NCBI RefSeq assembly: GCF_018350175.1 | Contig: NC_058368.1 | Location: forward strand, 82,214,001 to 82,278,000 | DNA: 64,000 nt | Source of the DNA: Felis catus | Taxonomy: Eukaryota | Direction of reading: 5' to 3' | In this document: in pieces, positions 10,975 to 22,530 of the stretch | How positions within the stretch are numbered: the first letter of the stretch is position 1 | Layout of the letters: each line of letters begins with the position of its first letter | Notes under the pieces: model-generated | Database searches by the model: none | What the model saw: the letters and a program-made list of their open reading frames with translations, nothing else | What the model was told of the DNA's origin: nothing | Made by a program: the position numbers and the translations under genes

Positions 10975-11165
10975 ATATTTTATTTTTTTGTGTAAGTGTT
11001 CATTGTTGCAGGGGCAGAGGGGCAGAGAGAGAAGGAGACAGAGGACCTGAAGCGGGCTCTGGGCTGTCAGCACAGAGCCTGATATGGGGCTCACACTCAC
11101 GAACCCGGAGATCATGGCCTGAGCCAAAGTCAGACATTCAACCGACTGAGCCACCCAGGTGCCCC
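10975..11165 (-). mobile_element. Can-SINE
   Basis: Ends actgagccacccaggtgcccc; tail-to-tail with the preceding SINE. Confidence 0.9.
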
Positions 11166-11384
11166 ATGACATATTTTAAGTAATGTTGAAATATGTGTAA
11201 GTAGAAACTTTGGGGACTAGTTGTATTCCAAGTACTGATTTTGTCGTTGCTCTAAATGAAAAGTGACATTGGGTTTTCATGTAGCAGAGACATCTTGAAG
11301 ACCTTCGGCTCTGGTTGAGGGCATTTCCTAGTTTAAAAAGAAGTGTCTGTCAGGTTAGTGGAAAACAGTAAGCATTTGTGTTGA

Positions 11385-11780
11385 ATTTTTAAAACTGTAT
11401 TTTGAGATGCTTATAGATTCATATACCGTTATAAGAAATAATACAGAGAAATCCTATAGATCCTTCACCCAGATTTCCCCAGTGGTAGCTCCTGATTAAA
11501 AATAGAGTCTAAGCAGAAGATTGCATCTATTTGACCCACTCACCTTACTCACATGGCATGTTTTACGATCTGCCATTTCTGTCACGTGTTGATTCCTGTG
11601 GCCGCCAGCGCCATCAAGACACAGACCATTTCTATCCCACGGGGTCCCTCCTCCCTCTTCCCTGACAGCCACTCCATCTCTACAGTTAGTCCCTGAACAG
11701 TGCTGTACGTGGAATTGTAGGGTGTGTGGGATCAGCCCTCCTTGCAGCCTTGAGGTCCACCCAGGTTGTATCAGTGACTC
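11385..11780 (-). mobile_element. Old L1M 3'-end remnant
   Basis: tagattcatat...taagaaataatacagagaaatcc...ccttcacccagatttccccagtggta motif; degenerate. Confidence 0.6.
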
Positions 11781-12519
11781 AAGGTATAGAAATTCTAGGA
11801 ATTTGTTGTAAAAATATAATAAATCAAAAGTGTCATTTTTATAATTAAAAACAATAATAAAATAGCACTAGAGCTAAAAAAGTTTATTATTTACTCAAGA
11901 AAAAGCATGCTATAATTTAGTAGTTTACAGGATTTGGTAGCCAAGTTTAAAGGTAAGATGAAATGAATTTATGAAAAAGTGATTGATGTTTTCAGAGTCT
12001 GTAAATAATTTCAGTGTCATGTCCACATGTCCATGACTTGAGCTTATTTGAGTGGAAGTATTAGTATGACCACAATTAAAGTTCTCAATAATTTCTCGTA
12101 AAAATTAATAGTCCTTTATGTGTCATAGAGTAGAGTTATAACTATTTAATTTCAAGAATTTGTTTGAGGAAGGAACCAGAAATGAATGAAGGGGTGTTTG
12201 TTGTTCACACACAGACTGTGTGGCAGGTTGTCTGAAGTTTGAAATCCATAAAAGAATCATTTTTTGAGATCTTTTAGGGAAAATGGGAAACATTAGCAAA
12301 GCATCAGAAATGTCTGTCTTGGTTCTGAAAATACTAGAAAAGCATGTATTTATCAACATTGAATTCTTTCTCTCCCCTGGAACAATAGAAGTTCAGCAGT
12401 GAAGTGAGTTATTAAAATAACAGATTAACTATCTTGCTAGGCACTACTGAGATTGGGTAATCATTTATTTATTTTTAAGGTGGTAACGCTTACTTAAGTT
12501 GTATTAAAGCTATAACAAA

Positions 12520-12738
12520 GGGACACTTGGGTGGAGCATCCATCAGACTCTTGATTTCGACTCAGGTCATGACCTTGAGATTTGTGGTATCAAGTCCCCG
12601 CCTCTGCACTGGCCTCTGTACTGACCGGGAGTACCCTGCTTGGGATTGTCTCCCTCCCTCTCTCTCTGCCCCTCCCCACCCCACCTCATGCGCATGCGCG
12701 CGTGCACTCTCGCGCTCTAAATAAACATTAAAAAAAAT
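12520..12738 (+). mobile_element. Can-SINE
   Basis: gactcttgatttcgactcaggtcatga...(CT)n...aataaacattaaaa. Confidence 0.88.
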
Positions 12739-13282
12739 TGTAATATAAAGTTGGGTAATTTAGACAGCACATTGTCACTTATCCTAACAAGTTAGGGGAA
12801 AAAGTGAAACATTGTAGGTAAATAAATTCTCTGTGACGTTACAAACTGATATATCGAAAAATGTATTGAAATTGAACAGTTTCCTGACTTTATAACCAGA
12901 ATATTGAGGTAGAATGTAGTTTTTTCTTGGTGACTTTTGATGGGCAGGTTTCCCTGCTGTCCTCCAATAGTGGTATTTTTGGTGTCTACGGAAAGGTGTA
13001 GTTCAGTCCTCACCAGACTCCCTGGGCTGCTAGTCTTTGCCAGGTTCTTGTGCTGGTTTCAGAAGCTCTGTTTTATCTCCACTTTCTATTGGCTGTCATT
13101 TTTGGTTTGGAATTTTCTGCCTAGATAAGCCACACTCTCATTTTTTCTGCATCTGATCTGCTTTGCCTGGGAAACCAGAATAAACTTGTTAGAATTGGGA
13201 TTACTAGTAAAACTGAGGTATAGATACTTGTTTTAGTAAACACTTTAATGATTAGTATATATTAATATTTTGTTTTCTTTAA

Positions 13283-13484
13283 TTTTTTTAATGTTTATGT
13301 CTGAGAGAAAGAGAGAGAGCACAAGCAGGGAAGGGGCAGAAGGAGAGGGAGACACAGAATCCGAAGCAGGCCCCAGGCTCTGAGCTATCAGCAAAGAGCC
13401 CGACACGGGACTTGAACCCACAAACTGAGATCGTGACCTGAGCCCAAGTTGGACGCTCAACTGACTGAGCCACCCAGGCACCCC
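13283..13484 (-). mobile_element. Can-SINE with 18-bp TSD
   Basis: TSD ATATTTTGTTTTCTTTAA at 13265-13282 and 13487-13504. Confidence 0.95.
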
Positions 13485-13539
13485 TGATATTTTGTTTTCT
13501 TTAAACTGTAAGTCTTGTGTAAATGGTAGGTTTGGTTTC

Positions 13540-13742
13540 TTTCTTTTTTTTTTTTTTTCTTAAATGTTTATTTTGGAGAAAGAGAGCACACAGGAGAGCA
13601 TGTGGGGGAGGGGTGGAGAGAATCCCAAGCAGGCTCAGCACTGTCAGCGCAGAGCCCAGCTCAGGGGCTCAAACCCATTGACCGTGAGATAATGACCTGA
13701 GCTGAAATCAAGTGTCAGATGCTTAACTGACTGAGCCACCCC
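13540..13742 (-). mobile_element. Can-SINE
   Basis: Poly-T...aatcccaagcaggctc...ctgactgagccacc. Confidence 0.9.
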
Positions 13743-14419
13743 GTGTTTTTTCTTTTTTGACGTAACTACTGGTGCCCAGAGATCTAGTTGCCAGGTTCAG
13801 TGGTGTTTTTAGGGTGTGTCTCTCTTGCCTGTCTTGTGTTTTATTACCTCTTCCTTCTTTGCTCTGTATTTCCTACCTTTGGAGTCATTGCTTCGTTGTG
13901 ACCTTGCTAACACCTGTAGCAGCTTGTACCTGCTCCTTGATGACTCTGTCCACTGGAAGATGCAGTCCTGTCCTTCGAGTGTGATCTGGGCACCGCAGCT
14001 GCAGCACCCCCTGCTGCCTGCACCAAAGCCTTCACCTCATCACGGCCAGGGTCCTGTGTGTGCTTCACTTGCTGGGGTAGTCATACAGGTGCTTGGGCTC
14101 TTCCTGAAGAGAGGAAGAGAAGGAGGCTGAATTTGGGAGATAGAAAGTGTTTGAACATTTAGTAAAACCCTAGTGATCCAGACATGGTTGTGTTTTGTGA
14201 TTTTCTTTTTCTGTGTTTGACATCTTGTTAGCATTAAACTGTGACTTTGGAAATTTGGCAGAATTCCAAACGATTTTGGAAAGAAAACAGTACAGTAAGC
14301 TAGTAGCAGCTCAGACAGTTTTATTTCAGAAATGACGCGGAGCGTGTTTCCTCCAGGCAGTTCACTGATCTGTGATAGGGGAGTTGATGGTGTTTTCTGG
14401 CCTTAAATACTTGGATCCT

Positions 14420-14615
14420 CTTTTTTTTTTTTTTTTTTTTTTCTTTGTTAAGAGAGAGAGCATGAGCAGGGGAGAGGAGCAGAGAGAGAGAGTCTTAAGC
14501 AGGCTCCACACTCAGCATGGAGCCCATTGCAGGGCTCGATCTCTTGACTCTGGGATCATGACCTGAGCTGAATTCAAGAGTTGGTTGCTTAACCGACTAG
14601 CCACCCAGGTGCCCC
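14420..14615 (-). mobile_element. Can-SINE
   Basis: Poly-T...ccacccaggtgcccc; imperfect TSD aatacttggatc/aatacatggatc. Confidence 0.9.
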
Positions 14616-15027
14616 AATACATGGATCTCCTTAAGTAGAATTGGTTTTTGTCTTTGGCACATTGTAGATTTAATAGATACACGAAACTGAGTTTTCTTTA
14701 AAAAAAATTGCCTTTAATTTCAATGTAACCTTTAGTCTCAAGTCTTTACCAGGCCTTATACTTTAACATTTAGTATTCAATTTTAATCCGGGTGTAATGA
14801 ATAGTTCAGGTATTAATATTTATCTAGGAAAAATAACATCTTCAAAAAAGTGATAGTTTTTGGATGTAATTATTTAATACTTTAACTCTGATCTCAATAG
14901 TAACGAATCATTGTTCAACTATATGTAGCAATAAATCTCTTTTTCAGCTGAAGATGTGTGTCTAAAATGCAAGGTCAGCTGAGCAGGAACCTTAGGACGG
15001 CCTTGCCCTGCCCTCTAAAACTGGATC

Positions 15028-15471
15028 ATGAAGGTGCTGGGAAGAAATTACTTCTGGGTGTTGCTTCCACTGCTTCGCTTGATGGCAGATGCTGCGGAAC
15101 ATGAAGAGGTGGCAAAACATGCCATCAAATTGCACCGAGGGAAAGGGGCGGCCATCACTCAGAGGAAGCAGTGGGTCCTCGATGGTTGCAGGAAGCTCTC
15201 CGGGCTTCTTCGCCAAAAGACTGTGGTTCTTAACAAACTGAAAAGTGCAATCAGAGCAGTAGAAAAAGACGTTAGCCTGTCAGATGAAGAGAAGCTGTTT
15301 CAGGTGCATACGTTTGAAATTTTCCAAAAAGAGCTGAATGAAAGTGAAAATTCAGTGTTCCAGGCCATCTATGGACTGCAGAGAGCCCTGCAAGGAGATT
15401 ACAGAGATGTTGTGAACATGAAGGAGAGCAGCAGGCAGCGCCTGGAGGCACTGAGAGAGGCTGCGATTAAG
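15028..15471 (+). CDS. TMCO3: TMCO3 coding exon (exon 2; acceptor at 14947/14948): signal peptide and start of coiled coil
   Basis: [16 protein letters not shown]...[27 protein letters not shown]...EAAIK matches the TMCO3 N-terminus. Junctions ttttcag|CTG and AAG|gtcagt; 148 codons. Confidence 0.97.
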
Positions 15472-15954
15472 GTCAGTCCCGTCCCACCCTGAGCCAAGGA
15501 GCAGGTCGAGTAGAGGTCAAGGGACAAGGCAGCTGGTGCTGATGCTTCAGCAGGTGTAGTCTGGCAGGGGCATCCATTCTCAGCAGTGCACACGTGGATT
15601 TCCCCTCCTTGTGCACCGTATCTTAGCACAGTTGCATTTCACCACTTCTGGGAGTGCCAGTGCTTTTCTGTGTTGAGATCACAAGGTAATTATACTAGTT
15701 ACTCAAGTTATCCCAATAAGCTGATGTGTATGAAGTACGTGGTAAATATACTTGTAACTGCAGTCAACATTTTGAGTTTCTGACAAGAATGCCTTTTGGT
15801 GTGAAGGTTGGCTGTCTTTAATGCCCATCTACTGAAAACAAAAATACGAAAATTAGTTTTAATATATACTTTTGAAATAAGGATCGTGATGAAATACACT
15901 TTTAAAATGAGATAAAACTATTACTATACCAGATGTGATATTATTTATATATGT

Positions 15955-16154
15955 ATTTTTTAATGTTTATTTTTAGAGGCAGAGACAGAACACAAGCAGG
16001 GGAGGGCAGAGAGAGAGGGAGACAGAATCTGAAGCAGGCTCCAGGCTCCGAGCTGTCAGCACAGAGCCCGACACGGGGCTCTAACTCACGAACCATGAGA
16101 TCATAACCTGAGCCAAAGTCGGATGCTTAACCGACTGAGCCACCCAGGCGTCCC
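15955..16154 (-). mobile_element. Can-SINE
   Basis: Typical feliform SINE body, antisense. Confidence 0.93.
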
Positions 16155-17001
16155 TAAACTCCTTTATTTTAAAGAATAGTGGTATTGATTTGAGGTAGTT
16201 TTACGATAAAATAGAGAACTAACATGCATTGAGTGATGTTGATCCAAATATGTATGCTTTCTACATGCAGTTTTTGCCTCACATCTCAGGCTAGGTTCTG
16301 GGAGGTCACAGCTACAAGAGAGGGGTTGGGTGGTGTTGCCTAGAGAGAGGTCTGTCAAACAGCTACACTTCTCCTTGGGACTGCCTTGCTGCTTCTCTGT
16401 TCTAGCTATGCCCCACCCCTTTAAAGTATGAACATATACTTTAATAGTAAGGATGTTGATTTGATTGATAGCTTGAGTTTAAATATGATGGTATAAAACA
16501 CAGTGGTATTATTGACACCATCCATCAGTTTTCCAAGTAATGCTGTCAGATTCTTCTGGAACAGTTTTTCCTCTGTAACTTGGAATTTGTGTGTATCCTA
16601 CTTAGAAATTTTTAGCTCAAGAATCAAGTATCACAGGTGTTTTTAGAGTACAGCTGGACCTCCATACACAGTAGGCATGATGTCTGGAATAAAATCTGTT
16701 CAGTGAGGATTGTGTATGAATAGCTGACCTTCAGAATTTATCAACAGTAGTAGATTACGTTTGATGATGCGTGCATACAAATAGGCTTCCCTAAACATTT
16801 TGCTAAGGTCCATCATGTTTGGGTGATACAGGACACCTGACCTTCTCTCCTTGACTGGAGCTAGCATTACACGTTTATAAATGTATTTGACAGCGAGAGC
16901 ATGTTGGCTTGCATGGTCCGGCCAGGCCAGGCACCTGAATGAAGTCCTGGTGTGGCCTATTTCTTAATAAACCCCACACTTCATTTCTCACCAATAAACA
17001 G

Positions 17002-17181
17002 GAAGAGACAGAATATGTGGAACTTCTGGCAGCAGAAAAACACCAAGTTGAAGCCCTCAAAAATATGCAACATCAAAACAAAAGTTTATCCATGCTTGAT
17101 GAAATTCTTGAAGATGTGAGAAAGGCAGCCGATCGCCTAGAGGAAGAGATGGAAGAACATGCTTTTGATGACAATAAATCA
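17002..17181 (+). CDS. TMCO3: TMCO3 exon 3 (coiled coil)
   Basis: aaacag|GAA...TCA|gtaagt; [20 protein letters not shown]...HAFDDNKS; 180 nt, phase 0-0. Confidence 0.97.
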
Positions 17182-18672
17182 GTAAGTAGCATTCCAGAAC
17201 AATCTCCGCTTTGCTCGGGCTGCTTGCCAAGAGAAAGTATGGTGGAATTTATCAGCTGTTTTCCGTGTGGACTGACAATGGAGATAAAACCAAACGCTTT
17301 CGTATCCCAGAGAACGATTTGGTTCGGTTACACAGAAGCACACTATACACCTGTCGTTTTGCCTTATGTTTTTGTCAGTGCCCCCCAGGGGCTTATGTCT
17401 GTGCCCTGCTTCCGTGTTCAGGTGGATTGAGACTCTGGGCTCCAGAAAGCGTGCCCTGGGATAGTCAGGTGTCGGTGCTGTTCTGCCCGGGGGAGCCATA
17501 TGCTCCTGAGAGGAATTGTGTCTGAGGCAGGCATTCGGACTCCCCACTTGCTGTGACATGTTTAGATTCTCTGGGAAGGACGAGATGAGTGCCGAAAACG
17601 GACTGTGAGTCCTGAGGACTCAGAAAAGGATGCGGCAGTTAGAGCAAAGGTGAGTGCAGTTCGGGGCGGATGAGCACTGAGCGAGGCTGTCCTGAGCGTG
17701 TCCGTGGTGCCAGGGGAGGACACGGGGCTGTCTTTTGAAGGTGGTGCTCTTTTTTCACTGCTCACCGAGTGCTTGTGCGTCAGGGCGTCAGGCTGTCGCT
17801 GCCGCAGCTTTTCCAGTGCAGCTCCACCGCTGTTGGCTCAGGGTCCCTGCGGGTCCCACGGGTGAGGGCTTGGCCCAGCACTGCACCCTCCGCTCCAGGC
17901 ACTGATAATGGGCTCTGGGTTTTCACCTCGGAGGGTCCCACGACCCCTCCTCAGGCTCTCAGAACCCAGGAAGACCATCTGTTTGCCAGGTTACCAGGTC
18001 GCTGCAAAGGGTGCAGCCAGAAACAGCTGGGTGGAAGAGGTGAAAGCATGTGCGCAGGGCACTGCGTCCTGTCTGGGCCTACTGCCCTCCTGGCGGGGCG
18101 CGTCCATGTGTCCGGCAACCAGAAGCTCCCCGAACCCCATGCTCCAAGCATGTCCCGGAGCTGCCTTGTGCAGGCTCGCGATTCGCTTCACCTCCGGCCC
18201 CTCCCCGCCCCAAGGTCACGTGGCTGCTGTCCCTGGTGGCCAGCCTCATCCTGCAGTCATCTAGTGGCTTTCTGAACATCACCTTGCTGGCACAAACTCA
18301 GGAGAGGCCGCGAAGGGCTTGTCGGGTGTACCTGTTGCTCCTTATGCTTGGGGAGGCCACGCTGGTTTGGGGGCTGTGGGCCAGGAAGGGGGGTGAAGAC
18401 CAAACGTATGTTTCTTGTTACAGATCGTACCCTAAATCGTTAAAGTGGGTGTCTGGACGTAATAGAAATCCTAAACGCCTTCATTCTCAGATGGCCCTTG
18501 TAACTGAAGCAGCTTTCCTGATTTGTGCTAATGAACATCTGTGGACCTTTCGTCATACCTGACAGAGTGCTAGAAATACTTCTATCGCTCTTCTGTACAG
18601 AATTTACGCTCTAAAAATTGAACTTGAAAACATTTCATGGGTTTAATTACATGATGTTGGTTATTTTTACAG

Positions 18673-18864
18673 GTGAAAGGGGTCAATTTTGAGGCAGTTC
18701 TCAGAGTGGAGGAAGAAGACGCCAATTCCAAACAAAACCTTACAAAGCGGGAAGCAGAGGATGATTTGGGTCTTAGCATGCTGATCGACTCCCAGAACAA
18801 CCGCTATATCTTGACCAAGCCCAGAGACGCGACAATTCCACGTGCAGATCGCCACTTCCTAAAG
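18673..18864 (+). CDS. TMCO3: TMCO3 exon 4
   Basis: tttacag|GTG...AAG|gtagtc; [15 protein letters not shown]...[10 protein letters not shown]; 192 nt. Confidence 0.96.
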
Positions 18865-19723
18865 GTAGTCTGTCTGCTTGCTCCCCTCTTGAAGTCCCCT
18901 CTCCCACCTTCCCACTTCCAGGTACTAATGTAAAGTAAGCTTTATTTTCTGAGCCTCGTATTAGGATGCATGACCTTCCTCCTAACAGAGAGATTCTACT
19001 AGAATTTCCTATATTTTCCATGACTTGAAACACTTTCTCTTAATTTTTAATTTTTTCCGAAAAGAACGAGGCATTTTAATACTTAGAATGAAAATTAACG
19101 TTGCTTTTGAGAATTTGGAAGCCTTTTTGAAGTCAGGAGTCCCTACAGTGGGCTCAAGCTTTGTCACTAACACGGAACATCTGATGAGGTGGAGAAGCTT
19201 TGGCTAAGGTATCATCTGTGTAGACACGGGTACAGGATGAGATCCGGCTCCTCCAGAGGTGACTGACATTCCAGACCGAGTTAGCCACGCATCTGCTCCC
19301 TCTGAGGCAGCAAGTCTAATAAGAGGATGTGGAGTTATGTAAAGATTCGCAATCGACTGTGTTCTGGTTGGAGATCACTGTTTGGGTTTGGACCAGAGTG
19401 GGTAACAGCTGTAGGAGTGGCCAGTGTGGCCTGCTCGGAAGGCTAGTGGGGCTCCAGCAGCATTCCCAAAGCCACAGCTTGTGCTGGTCTTAAAGAGGGG
19501 GGCAGCGCAGGCCGAGAGGAAGGACGCTCCCAGTGGCTGATTACTGTACCAATAAACTCAAAGCAGGAAGATCAGCCCAGGGATAGCCTTCCTTTTTTAC
19601 CACCAAAGTGGAAACTGGGAGGGGCCTAGTCTGCAGAACGTCTGCTTTGTCCAGTAATCAACCCTTTTCTTGCCAACTGTTACCTTAAATTTTTGTGTTT
19701 ATTTCTGGTTTATTCTCCATTAG

Positions 19724-19852
19724 GACATTGTTACCATAGGAATGCTGTCTTTACCTTGTGGCTGGCTGTGCACGACGATAGGGTTGCCCACAATGTTTGG
19801 TTATATTGTTTGTGGCGTACTTCTGGGGCCTTCAGGACTGAACAGTATTAAG
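19724..19852 (+). CDS. TMCO3: TMCO3 exon 5 (start of antiporter TM domain)
   Basis: cattag|GAC...AAG|gtaaga; [43 protein letters not shown], containing the CPA2-type GY..G.LLGP motif; 129 nt. Not in the ORF track. Confidence 0.96.
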
Positions 19853-20064
19853 GTAAGAGCAACTGTTTTAGTATCTGTTTAACAAAATACTAAAGAAATG
19901 CTCATGAAGACCTAAAAGTTTTGAACTTGAATTAGTAAAGATAGCATTTCCTTATAAACCATATTAAAGAAGATGCTCTTTAGAGTTTATAAGAAATTCC
20001 TAAGTCATAAGAAAGTAATTTTGTTAGTGAATGGATGACTTAACTAGAGAAGAAATCCCGTTTA

Positions 20065-20290
20065 TGTCTTTATTTTTTTAATTAAAAAAAAGTTTTTTAA
20101 ATTTATTTTTTTGAGAGAGACAGAGAGCATGAGCAGGGGAGGGGCAGAGAGAGAGGGAGACACAGAATCTGAAGCAGACTCCAGACTCCAAGCTGTCAGC
20201 ACAGATCCTGACATGGGGATTAAACTTGTGAACTGCGAGACCATGACCTGAGGGGAAGCTGGCCACTTAACCAACTGAGCCACCCAGGGT
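20065..20290 (-). mobile_element. Can-SINE
   Basis: Typical body; imperfect flanking repeat gtttatgtcttta/gttcatgtcttta. Confidence 0.92.
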
Positions 20291-21199
20291 ACGACAACCC
20301 CCCACTCTGTTCATGTCTTTAAACTGTTAGTTTTAAAAATTCTGTTTCCAGTAATAATGATGGATTATGTTATTCAGACACTGAAAGCAACAAAAAATGC
20401 TGGGTTAAATGTATAATTTAAAATTTTTTAAAACATTGCAAAGCTGGTAAAGTAGTGGGGATTTTCAAGCCTAAATGTAGGATAATGTGAAAACCCCAGG
20501 ACGTAGTGAGTGCTGAGGCTGTTGGCTGAACAGAGTGAAGTGAGTTTCATCCTATATCGATGGCACTTGTTGGCAGTGAGGAACAGTTCCAAAGCTTTTG
20601 CGGGCTCCAAGATGTGTCCTGTAAATACGCACAGTTCAGACAAAATGAAGAGATTGGCAAGAATAGGTGATGTGTCATATATCCAACACAGAAGCAGTGG
20701 TGCAGGTACTGGGAAACACACACGGGAGTCCTGGCACTTCCTAGTTGGGTACGACAGGAGCAGACGGATGGGGGGAGGTGTGGGCATCTGCTCGCAGCCT
20801 CACCCTCCTGCTGACGGGCACACCTTGTACCGGGCAGGAAACATCATCATCTCTAACTGAACTCAACAACACGTTCAACTGGCAGGGGCTACCGGCTGAA
20901 AGCCCAGGACCTTAGTGAGCAGGTGACCACTGACTGACATGGGGTGGGGGGTGCTCTTGTGGGCTGGGCTCAACCTGGTGGGGTGGTCTCTGGGAAACAC
21001 TGTTTTAATTCAATTTTCTGAATTCATAATCTCCATACAGTTGAGAACAAAATGGTGTAAGTACAAAAAATTTTAAGTTGTAGGTGGAGAATCTCTGTCT
21101 TGTCCTGTCCCATCCCTCCCTTTCCAGAGTATTTATGAACAATAGCAAATACAAACGTATTTTCCTTTTTTCTTCAGAGCAAAGGTTGCTTATAAGCCA

Positions 21200-22260
21200 A
21201 GAATTCAGGCTGAATAATAATAGAGTCTGAGTAAGGTAATAAATACAACTGGAGGCTACCAATATTATAGTTCCTAACAAATTTGCTGTATCTTGGTAAA
21301 TAACATAATTACAGTAAACCAGGATGAAGACCCAAGAGCATATTAGCCAAAATGGGAGGTGGTTAATGGAGGAAGTGTGACTGTACCAAAATATTTACCT
21401 TTTCCTAGTAGGAAGTTAATAGGCTTCTGTGTTATGTTGAGAAGTGCAGATTTAGGTATGTGACTTTCAAGTCATGAGTTTCAGCCTCATTTTAAAAAGG
21501 GAAGAAAAATAAAAGCAGTGAGGAAGTATAAAAACCAGGAAACGAAGGAGTAAGAGAAATCTTCTGTTATCACAATGAATATAAGTGGAATAAACTTGCC
21601 TGTGGAAAGATACAGGTTTGCAGATGATGTTAGGAAAAAGATGTACAATAAGCAAGGTTCAAAGAGAACAAAATGAGTAAGTGAGGAGGCAGATGCCAGC
21701 AAATGGAGGCCTGTCCTCTCGGTGGCTGACAGGGTGCGTGTACGTCCCTGCACAGCAGCTTGGTGCCTGGACATGTGGAGATCTGCTTGCTCTCTTCTTT
21801 CAGACGCTGAGTTCGTGGCTCAGTGGAAACCATGAATGTAGATGATCTATGGAGTACCAAATATAACCGTGTAAACAGCATTCTCTGCCATAACATAAAA
21901 GCATAAAAACAAACAGCAAATAAAGGACCAGAACCAACACAGCGCACAAGAACGCTGTATACCAGAACCTGTGGGATGTGGCCAATTCAGTTCTCAGGAA
22001 AGAAGTTTGTACACATAGTCATGCACAGGCCCGTGCTGGCAGGCCAAAGGAAAGTGGGGCATCTTGATTAAAATGTCCAGCTCAGGTTCAGGTTCAGGTT
22101 CAGTGCCTCCCCATCCTCCAGAGAAAGTGAAGGAAGGAGGTAATGAAGAGCGCAGCCTGGAAACAGGTGAATTCGTGAGCTAGTTCTCAGAAAAAGAGAT
22201 AAAAACAGTCCTTCAGCTAATCAAGAAAAAGGAAAAAAAACCCCGTATAATCAGGAAGTT
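21200..22260 (+). mobile_element. Degenerate old L1M fragments
   Basis: A-rich sense strand with L1 ORF2-like remnants (ataccagaacctgtgggatg...). Boundaries uncertain. Confidence 0.45.
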
Positions 22261-22437
22261 AAAGCTATGTCAGGGATAGAGGACATTCAGAGAACTAGTT
22301 TTAAAAAAATACTGGTTTTTTTTTTGTTTTTTTTTTTAGGATAGTTCCGCTGAGTATGTTAGTACAAGATTGTTCCTTGAAGTATGCTTCATTTGTTAGA
22401 TACATTAAATTGTGTGGTTTTAAAATTTTGTTCCCAG

Positions 22438-22530
22438 TCTGTTGTGCAGGTGGAAACCTTAGGAGAGGTTGGCGTGTTCTTTACTCTGTTTCTTGTTGGC
22501 CTAGAGTTCTCTCCAGAAAGGCTGAGAAAG
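22438..22530 (+). CDS. TMCO3: TMCO3 exon 6
   Basis: ttcccag|TCT...AAG|gtaagg; [31 protein letters not shown], containing the CPA2 F..GLE motif; 93 nt. Confidence 0.96.

Noticed and set aside
16760..16842. Possible C/D box snoRNA (TGATGA...CTGA) in intron 2
   Set aside because: Box C lacks the leading purine, there is no terminal stem, and no guide complementarity was recognised.
22082..22103. (TTCAGG)n, and similarly CCCTAA/CCCTGA units at ~59465-59482, as interstitial telomeric repeats
   Set aside because: Only 3-4 imperfect units, which is expected by chance or slippage.
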